From Mycobacteriales bacterium (GTDB lineage: Bacteria > Actinomycetota > Actinomycetes > JAFAQI01): 64,000 nucleotides of DNA. Of the stretch, positions 57,416-64,000 are shown one piece after another. A program made the position numbers and the translations under genes. The first letter of the stretch is position 1; each line of letters opens with the position of its first letter. The notes beneath the pieces were generated by a model. It was given only the letters and a program-made list of their open reading frames with translations. It was not told where the DNA came from and did no database searches. The stretch lies in the NCBI GenBank assembly GCA_035548055.1, contig DASZTL010000108.1:12476-76475 (forward strand), read 5' to 3'.

Positions 57416-60006
57416 CCACTGCCAAACCCGACGTCATCGTCATCCTCACCGACGAGGAACGCGCGATCCCGCCGTACGAGACCGACGAGCTCAAGGCCTG
57501 GCGCGAGCAGAACCTGCCGAGCTCGCAGTGGTTCCGTGACAACGCCGTGGCCTTCGACCGCCACTACACCGGATCGCTCGCCTGCGTGCCGAGCCGCCCG
57601 ACGATGTTCACCGGCCAGTACCCGGACCTGCACGGCGTCACCCAGACCGACGGTCTCGGCAAGATGGCGAACGATTCGCGGATGCGCTGGCTGCCCCCTG
57701 GCGAGGTGCCGACGCTCGGCAACTGGTTCCGGGCCGCGGGCTACGACACCCACTACGACGGCAAGTGGCACATCAGCCACGCCGACCTGATCGAGCAGGG
57801 CCGCCCGCTCCCGACGAACGACGACGACGGCAAGGTGCTGCCGGCCAACGTGCAGCGCTATCTCGATGCCGACCCGCTCGCCCCCTACGGCTTCTCCGGC
57901 TGGGTCGGACCGGAGCCGCACGGTGCCGGCCTGTCCGACAGCGGCTACCGCCGCGACCCCCTGATCGCCGAGCGCGTGATCGCGTGGCTCGCCGATCGCT
58001 ACGACCGCCGTCGGGCCGGGGAGGCAGCGGCGCTGAAGCCGTTCCTGCTGGTCGCGAGCTTCGTGAACCCGCACGACATCGTGCTGTACCCGGCCTGGCG
58101 CGGGCGGCGCAGCCCGCTGGCGCCCTCGCCACTGGACCCGCCGGACGTCCCGGCGGCACCGACCGCCGACGAGGACCTGTCGACGAAGCCGTCGGCGCAG
58201 GCGGCGTACCGGGCGGCCTACCCGTCCGGCTACGGACCGCCGGCAGCGATCGAGCGCATCTATCGCAGCGGGGCGCAGGAGTACCGCAACCTCTACTACC
58301 GGCTGCATGCCGAGGTGGACCGCCCGCTGGAGCGGGTGCGTCGCGCGATCGACGAGCAGGCAACCGGTGAGACGGTGCTGGTTCGCACTGCTGACCATGG
58401 CGAGCTGCTCGGCGCGCACGGCGGGCTGCACCAGAAGTGGTTCAACCTCTACGACGAGGCGACGCGCATCCCGTTCTTCATCGCGCGAGTCGGAATCGAG
58501 AAGCCGACGACGCCACGGCAGATCACCACTCCGACCTCCCACATCGACCTCGTGCCGACCCTGCTCGCGGCCGCCGGCATCGACGAGACCGCCGTCGCGA
58601 AGCGGCTCCGCAAGGAGTTCAGCGAGGTCCACCCCCTGCCCGGCCGCAACCTGATGCCGATGGTCGACGGCGCTGAGGCGCCCGATGCCGCGAAGCGCGC
58701 CGTCTACCTGCTGACCCGCGACAACATGCTCGAGGGCGACTCCGGCCTGTCCGGCCTGGCCCGGCGGCTGCGCCGTACGAATCCGCCGCCGCCGTTGCGG
58801 ATCCAGGTCGCCGCGCACACCGGCTCCAACTTCGAGGGCATCGTCGCTCGGGTCGACGCGAGTGACGCACAGCGCGGTGGCGGGCATCTGTGGAAGCTCG
58901 TCCGGACCTTCGACGACCCCGCGACCTGGACCTCGCCGGGTGTCTCGCACCTCGCCTCCAACGGGCTTGGTGGCGCCGAGTACCGGCGCGAGCCGCTGCC
59001 CGACGAGTGGGAGCTCTACGACCTCGACGACGACCCGATCGAGACCCGCAACCGCGCGAACGAGGAGAAGTACCGCCACGTCTTCGAGCACCTGCAGCAC
59101 CGCCTGAAGGAGGAGCGCGCGGCGAACGTCCCCGAGCGCAACAACCCCTGGCCGTACGTCGAACGCAAGCAGACGCCGGCCGCGAAGCGACCGCCGCGTC
59201 CCGCGCGGGCGGTCCGCAAGCTGGTGCGCCGGGTCGGGATGCACCCGGACCTGAAGTCGCCCGAGACCTTCGACCTGCGCGGCCGCCGCGCCCTGGTCGT
59301 CGGGACGAACCACGGCGTACTCGACGTCGGCAAGGCGACCGGCGTGTTCGCCTCCGAGCTCACCGTGCCGTACTACGCGTTCCTCGACGCCGGGATGATC
59401 GTCGACGTCGCGAGCCCGAAGGGCGGCGTGATCCCGGTCGATCCGATGTCGCTGAAACCGGTCATCCGCTCCGAGGCCGACGATCGCTTCCTCGCCGACG
59501 ACGTGCTGCGCCGCAAGGTCAGCGAGTCGCTGCCGATCGCGGCGGCGGACATCGGCGACTACGACATCCTCTACCTGGCCGGCGGCTGGGGCGCGGCATT
59601 CGACTTCGCGACCTCCGACGAGCTCGCATCCGCAGTCACTGCCGCCGCCGCGGCCGACCTGCTGATCGGCGGCATCTGCCACGGCCCGCTCGGCCTGGTC
59701 AACGCGTCGGCGCCGGACGGCCGACCGTTCGTCGAGGGCCGCAAGATCAGCGCCGTCACCGACAAGCAGGTGCGCGAGCTGGGTATCGCCTCCACGCCGT
59801 ACCACCCCGAGACCGAGCTCCGGCGCAAGGGCGCGGAGTTCGAGTGCGAGTCCCGCTTCCGCGACCCGTTCGCGAACCACTGGGTCGTCGACGGCACGCT
59901 CGTCACCGGCCAGAACCAGAACGCCGGGCCGATGGTGGCTCAGGAGCTGATGCGTCAGGTCGCAGCGAGAGTCGCGGCCCACAACGATGAGAAGGAAGCA
60001 GTCTGA
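57412..60006 (+). CDS. Sulfatase (FGly-type) fused to a C-terminal DJ-1/PfpI (class I glutamine-amidotransferase-like) domain
   Basis: N-terminus VIVILTDEE, CVPSRPTMFTGQ (CxPxR FGly motif), GKWH. C-terminal roughly 220 aa has DILYLAGGWGA and a GGICHGP nucleophile elbow. GTG start overlaps the SRPBCC stop. Confidence 0.8.
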   Translation: MTTAKPDVIVILTDEERAIPPYETDELKAWREQNLPSSQWFRDNAVAFDRHYTGSLACVPSRPTMFTGQYPDLHGVTQTDGLGKMANDSRMRWLPPGEVPTLGNWFRAAGYDTHYDGKWHISHADLIEQGRPLPTNDDDGKVLPANVQRYLDADPLAPYGFSGWVGPEPHGAGLSDSGYRRDPLIAERVIAWLADRYDRRRAGEAAALKPFLLVASFVNPHDIVLYPAWRGRRSPLAPSPLDPPDVPAAPTADEDLSTKPSAQAAYRAAYPSGYGPPAAIERIYRSGAQEYRNLYYRLHAEVDRPLERVRRAIDEQATGETVLVRTADHGELLGAHGGLHQKWFNLYDEATRIPFFIARVGIEKPTTPRQITTPTSHIDLVPTLLAAAGIDETAVAKRLRKEFSEVHPLPGRNLMPMVDGAEAPDAAKRAVYLLTRDNMLEGDSGLSGLARRLRRTNPPPPLRIQVAAHTGSNFEGIVARVDASDAQRGGGHLWKLVRTFDDPATWTSPGVSHLASNGLGGAEYRREPLPDEWELYDLDDDPIETRNRANEEKYRHVFEHLQHRLKEERAANVPERNNPWPYVERKQTPAAKRPPRPARAVRKLVRRVGMHPDLKSPETFDLRGRRALVVGTNHGVLDVGKATGVFASELTVPYYAFLDAGMIVDVASPKGGVIPVDPMSLKPVIRSEADDRFLADDVLRRKVSESLPIAAADIGDYDILYLAGGWGAAFDFATSDELASAVTAAAAADLLIGGICHGPLGLVNASAPDGRPFVEGRKISAVTDKQVRELGIASTPYHPETELRRKGAEFECESRFRDPFANHWVVDGTLVTGQNQNAGPMVAQELMRQVAARVAAHNDEKEAV

Positions 60007-60728
60007 TGGCTGAGGTTCACGCGCCGCGCTACGGCACGATCAACATGCCCTACATCGCAACCTGGCCGAGCAAGCCCATGGACGAGCCGATGTGGGCGCT
60101 CAACCTCATGCACTACCGCGAGAAGGCGGAGTACGCCGACGGCCGCGAGACCGAGCTCACAGGGTGGGAGGCCGACAACCTCTACAGCCCGCTCGGCCCG
60201 CTTGCCGCGATCGGTGCAGAGCTCGTCATCGTCGCGATCGTCGTCGACCAGCCGGCCGGCGAGGACTACAAGTGGGACCGCGTCGCGATCGTGCGCTACC
60301 CGAACCGGCAGGCGCTCGCCGACATGAACATGACCCCGGAGTTCCAGGAAGCGCACCACCACAAGGACGCCGGCATGAAGTTCACGATCGTGGCCGCCAC
60401 GTTCCCGCAACCCGACACGATCGACCGCTCCCTGAGCGACACCGACACGACGTACGAGCAGCAGATGTTGCTTCAGGTCGTTGGGGATGCCGACGCCCCG
60501 GAGGTCGAGATCCCGGGGGCAACCCGGATCGGGACGTTCACCGTCGAGGACCACGTCATCGGCGACGAGCGCAAGTGGGCCGAAGCCCGATGGGACCTGC
60601 TTCCCGCCTCAGCAACCGCAGAGCAGGTGCGCGACGCAACCGAAGCAGCGGCCACCGACGGCGAGCGCTACGTCGTACTCCTCAAGCCCCAGCTCGGCGA
60701 CTTCCTGCGAGCAGTCGCCAAGTCCTAG
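60006..60728 (+). CDS. DUF1330-like domain protein with a C-terminal extension
   Basis: ATGA overlap with the upstream gene. N-terminal half resembles DUF1330 (MWALNLMHY...WDRVAIVRYPNRQALADMNMTPEFQEA). Confidence 0.5.
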   Translation: MAEVHAPRYGTINMPYIATWPSKPMDEPMWALNLMHYREKAEYADGRETELTGWEADNLYSPLGPLAAIGAELVIVAIVVDQPAGEDYKWDRVAIVRYPNRQALADMNMTPEFQEAHHHKDAGMKFTIVAATFPQPDTIDRSLSDTDTTYEQQMLLQVVGDADAPEVEIPGATRIGTFTVEDHVIGDERKWAEARWDLLPASATAEQVRDATEAAATDGERYVVLLKPQLGDFLRAVAKS

Positions 60729-60733
60729 CCCCA

Positions 60734-60820
60734 CCCCGAAGTAGCACAAGAAGTCGTTCCATCCGGCCACTTCTGAGCTCAATGCCCGATTCGGCGCGGG
60801 CAACCTGTGCTACTTCGTGG
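60734..60820. repeat. Inverted-repeat element, copy 1: arms CGAAGTAGCACA / TGTGCTACTTCG separated by 57 nt, in the convergent intergenic region
   Basis: 12-bp perfect arms (15 of 16 when extended) at 60737-60748 and 60806-60817. Same architecture as 63320-63406. Confidence 0.6.
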
Positions 60821-60833
60821 GAATCAGTGCCCG

Positions 60834-61742
<909 letters not shown>

Positions 61743-61765
61743 GGTTGATCCCCTCTCGATTCCAC

Positions 61766-62410
61766 TCAGCCCGGCAGCAGCCGGTCGAGCGAGCCTTTGA
61801 TGGCGGCCGCGGCCTTCGCGGTCGTGAGCTTGTGGTCGACGCGCAGCAGCTCCATCGACTCGAAGGAGGTCAGCACGTCGGCGCCGGCGAGCACGACTGC
61901 CGCTTCAGCAGCGGGAAGACCCGACAGCTCCGTCGCGAACTGCTGGTGGACCTGGTCGCGCAGGAACTCGCGACGCCTGCGGAGGGCCTTGGCGATGACG
62001 GTCTGGAAGGGTGCCCGGATCAGCGCGGCCCGCATGACCGGCGCCACGCGCTCGTAGAGGTCGATCCGCTGCGAGACGAGAGCGTCGATGCGCGCCGCGC
62101 GCGGACCTTCGCCGAGGTTCGGGAGCTCGAAGAGATGCCCGACCGAGTCGAGATGGCGCTGAATCGCGATCCGACCCATCTCGTCGAGGTCATCGAAATA
62201 GCGGAAGACAGAACGCAGCGAGACGCCCGACCGCTCTGCCACAGCAGCCACCGACGGGTTCAGCTCGCCCTCTCGAAAGAGCTCGAGAAGGGCATCGACG
62301 ACCGCTTCGCGATTCCGCCCGCGGCGTGCCCGGCGGCCGTCGAGCTCCGACGAGGTCGTGGTCACATCGCTCCCCTGGCCCTGCTCTCGTGCAACCCAGT
62401 GTATTGACAC
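61766..62410 (-). CDS. TetR family transcriptional regulator
   Basis: RRGRNREAVVDALLELFREGELNPSVAAVAERSGVSLRSVFRYF HTH. The start may be GTG 62365 rather than 62410. Confidence 0.75.
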   Translation of the reverse strand: MSIHWVAREQGQGSDVTTTSSELDGRRARRGRNREAVVDALLELFREGELNPSVAAVAERSGVSLRSVFRYFDDLDEMGRIAIQRHLDSVGHLFELPNLGEGPRAARIDALVSQRIDLYERVAPVMRAALIRAPFQTVIAKALRRRREFLRDQVHQQFATELSGLPAAEAAVVLAGADVLTSFESMELLRVDHKLTTAKAAAAIKGSLDRLLPG

Positions 62411-62423
62411 TGTACATGACAGT
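62404..62423. promoter_or_regulatory. TTGACA hexamer plus inverted repeat ACTGT-ACATG-ACAGT in the TetR / DUF1330 divergent region (putative TetR operator)
   Basis: Read directly from the sequence at 62404-62409 and 62409-62423. Confidence 0.3.
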
Positions 62424-62438
62424 TTCTACCGTGACCGG

Positions 62439-62837
62439 ATGAGTACCACCTGGCCCGACGCGGGGCAGCTCGAGGCATTTCTTGCCGCACCACAGGACGA
62501 GCCCGTCGTCATGATGAACCTGTTGCGCCTCAAGTCTGATCCAGCGGGACTACCGCCGGGCGACACCGCGCGCGACGTCATGATGCGCTATGCCGAGCCG
62601 ATGCGCCGGTACGTCGAGGCGCACGGCGGCGAGTTCGTCTTTGCCGGCGATGTCGCGTCCCAGCTGATCGGACACGGCGGCGAGGACTTCGCCTTCGTCT
62701 CGATCATGCGCTACCCGTCACGGCGGGTCTTCCTCGAGCTGGCCGGGGACGCCGAGATCGCCGAGACGATCGGCAAGCACCGCGATCTCGCCCTGGACAG
62801 CCAGTGGCTGCTCGTGATGACGGAGGCATCCGTATGA
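62439..62837 (+). CDS. DUF1330 domain protein
   Basis: VVMMNLLRLK ... EFVFAGDV ... FAFVSIMRYPSRRVFLELAGDAEIAE pattern of DUF1330. Start corrected to ATG 62439. Confidence 0.55.
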   Translation: MSTTWPDAGQLEAFLAAPQDEPVVMMNLLRLKSDPAGLPPGDTARDVMMRYAEPMRRYVEAHGGEFVFAGDVASQLIGHGGEDFAFVSIMRYPSRRVFLELAGDAEIAETIGKHRDLALDSQWLLVMTEASV

Positions 62838-63310
62838 CGTCGGCGATCGACATCCCCAAGGCGTTCACCCCACCCGGCGGCTGGCACGGTGACATGCCGG
62901 CGCCGATCCTCGCGGGGTGTACCGAGGCGCTCGCAGCCGGCGCGCCCGATCTGCGTGGCCTGTGGCGCGCCACCGAAGTGGTCGACGACAGCGGCACCCC
63001 GGTGCCGCACGATCACCCCATCCGCAGCCACGTCGAACGGATCGAGCAGGCGGCCAACCGCGTCGTGGTGACGTCGGCCGGGATCATCCACGACATGTAC
63101 GTCGACGGCACGTACGAGAACGGCGTCAACGACGTCATGGCGTCGGACCTCACGACCGAGATCTCGGTGGCGGCGTCGTTCGAGGCCGGTGCCCTCGTGC
63201 TGCGCCCGCAGGGGATGCCCGGCGTCGAGATCCACCGCTGGCGCGACGGGGACCTCCTGCGCTGGCGCTACCACACGCTGTTCACCGCAACCCTCGAACG
63301 CATCGACTAG
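62834..63310 (+). CDS. Hypothetical protein (158 aa)
   Basis: ATGA overlap with the upstream gene, so it is co-transcribed. No motif recognised. Confidence 0.5.
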   Translation: MTSAIDIPKAFTPPGGWHGDMPAPILAGCTEALAAGAPDLRGLWRATEVVDDSGTPVPHDHPIRSHVERIEQAANRVVVTSAGIIHDMYVDGTYENGVNDVMASDLTTEISVAASFEAGALVLRPQGMPGVEIHRWRDGDLLRWRYHTLFTATLERID

Positions 63311-63319
63311 CAACCCCCT

Positions 63320-63406
63320 CCTCGAAGTAGCACATGAACTCGTTCCCAACGGGTGCTTGTGCGTCTGCTGTCCGTTTTGATGACCACGACATGTGCTACT
63401 TCGAGG
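63320..63406. repeat. Inverted-repeat element, copy 2: perfect 17-bp arms CCTCGAAGTAGCACATG / CATGTGCTACTTCGAGG separated by 57 nt
   Basis: Arms at 63320-63336 and 63390-63406. The first 10 nt or so inside the left arm (GAA-S-TCGTTCC) is also conserved with copy 1. Confidence 0.6.
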
Positions 63407-63414
63407 TTTGGGCC

Positions 63415-63460
63415 GTCAACTTGGGGTTGACGGAGTCGGAATCGTCAACTTATGGTTGAC
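63415..63460. promoter_or_regulatory. Two tandem palindromes GTCAAC-N5-GTTGAC (63415-63431 and 63444-63460) overlapping putative -35 TTGACG and -10 TATGGT hexamers. A leaderless transcript starting at the ATG 63463 is likely.
   Basis: Read directly. The second palindrome ends 2 nt before the ATG, and no Shine-Dalgarno is possible. Confidence 0.35.
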
Positions 63461-63462
63461 GC

Positions 63463-64000
63463 ATGGCTGAGCTACCGGTACGACTCGATGACCTGATCGA
63501 CTTCGTCGTCGCGCAGCACCCGGACGGCGATCCGCTGCAGCACCTCGAGGACGCGGTCGGTGCCTCCACCCGGGTCGGCGAGGTCGCCGACCACTTGATC
63601 GGACACTTCGTCGACCAGGCCCGTCGATCCGGTGCGTCGTGGACCGAGATCGGTGCGCACATGGGTGTCAGCAAGCAGGCGGCCCAGAAGCGCTTCGTCC
63701 CGAACGCCGAGGATCCCGATTTCCCCGACCGCGGCCCGCTGTCACGATTCACGATCCGGGCCCGCAACGCCGTCCAGGTCGCGAAGCAGCAGGCGGCGGT
63801 CATGGGTCATGGTGAAGTGACCAACGTCCACATGTTGCTCGGCCTTCTGACCGAGCCGCAGGGTCTTGCCGCACTGGCGATCGCCGCCGGTAGCGGACTC
63901 GAGCTAGACCAGGTGCGGGACAAGATCTTCGCCACGCAGAAGCGCGCTACCCGCAAAGCGCGCAGCAGCGTGCGCTTCAGCCGCGACGCCAAGAAGACAC
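63463..64000 (+). CDS. HTH plus Clp N-terminal-domain protein, 3'-partial (continues beyond the window)
   Basis: HTH WTEIGAHMGVSKQAAQKRF, then a Clp_N repeat FTIRARNAVQVAKQQAAVMGHGEVTNVHMLLGLLTEPQGLAALAIAAG. Absent from the ORF track because there is no stop within the window. Confidence 0.7.
   Translation, partial: MAELPVRLDDLIDFVVAQHPDGDPLQHLEDAVGASTRVGEVADHLIGHFVDQARRSGASWTEIGAHMGVSKQAAQKRFVPNAEDPDFPDRGPLSRFTIRARNAVQVAKQQAAVMGHGEVTNVHMLLGLLTEPQGLAALAIAAGSGLELDQVRDKIFATQKRATRKARSSVRFSRDAKKT

Noticed and set aside
57196-59982. 928-aa minus-strand ORF
   Set aside because: Antisense to the sulfatase::DJ-1 gene, with an Arg/Gly/Val-rich off-frame composition. Similar antisense artefacts were judged the same way: 53034-54641 and 54642-55172 (minus strand, antisense to the fused ABC gene), 25322-26620 (minus strand, frame-shifted over the CoA-transferase), 6157-7353 and 6281-7201 (+ strand, antisense to mftD), and 47440-48660 and 48715-49596 (+ strand, antisense to the arylsulfatase).
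63334-63459. 41-codon ORF (MNSFPTGACASAVRFDDHDMCYFEVWAVNLGLTESESSTYG) running through inverted-repeat element copy 2 and the downstream palindromes
   Set aside because: There is no Shine-Dalgarno. It is not conserved in element copy 1, which has no ATG at the same position. It overlaps the promoter or operator of the next gene. It is likely a chance ORF.

Overview
This is a high-GC (about 70%) actinobacterial chromosomal segment, densely coding on both strands. Most plausible genes are listed below, many with corrected starts. The six-frame track also contains many long spurious Arg/Ala/Pro-rich ORFs antisense to real genes; the largest are recorded under noticed_but_rejected.

Main content from 5' to 3':
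- A tandem (fused) acyl-CoA dehydrogenase and an SDR.
- A small insertion island: an HTH-like small gene plus a methyltransferase bracketed by a roughly 75-bp direct repeat, then an IS110-family transposase and two tandem paralogous ParB/Srx-fold (DGxHR) small ORFs.
- A complete mycofactocin cluster on the minus strand, ordered mftA-B-C-E-SDR-F-D, with a divergent TetR gene (mftR) and a downstream ABC exporter pair.
- HxlR, methyltransferase, VOC, cupin and EEP genes.
- A DUF35 / SCP-x thiolase / alpha-beta acyl-CoA dehydrogenase module.
- Hydrolases, a CoA-transferase and a Zn-dependent alcohol dehydrogenase.
- bioB with a small Cys-rich downstream ORF missed by the track.
- A GH92 mannosidase.
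- The sulfate importer subI-cysTWA, a CPBP protease fusion, and an aminotransferase-hppD-Lrp-paaABCDE aromatic catabolism block.
- An ArsC-like LMW-PTP gene and an arylsulfatase.
- An unusual transporter locus: a periplasmic-binding protein, then a 1260-aa single-chain TMD-TMD-NBD-NBD ABC importer, then a Pro-rich anchored protein.
- An operon with an MBL hydrolase, SRPBCC protein, a sulfatase::DJ-1/PfpI fusion and a DUF1330 protein.
- A haloalkane dehalogenase, a TetR gene, and a partial HTH-Clp_N gene at the 3' edge.

Non-coding structure of note:
- A family of inverted-repeat elements sharing the arm core GAAGTAGC(ACA), found at three loci; two copies are about 85 bp with a 57-nt spacer.
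- Twin GCAATG-N3-CATTGC palindromes upstream of bioB.
- Tandem GTCAAC-N5-GTTGAC palindromes overlapping a likely leaderless promoter.

No CRISPR array, rRNA or convincing tRNA was seen by eye.
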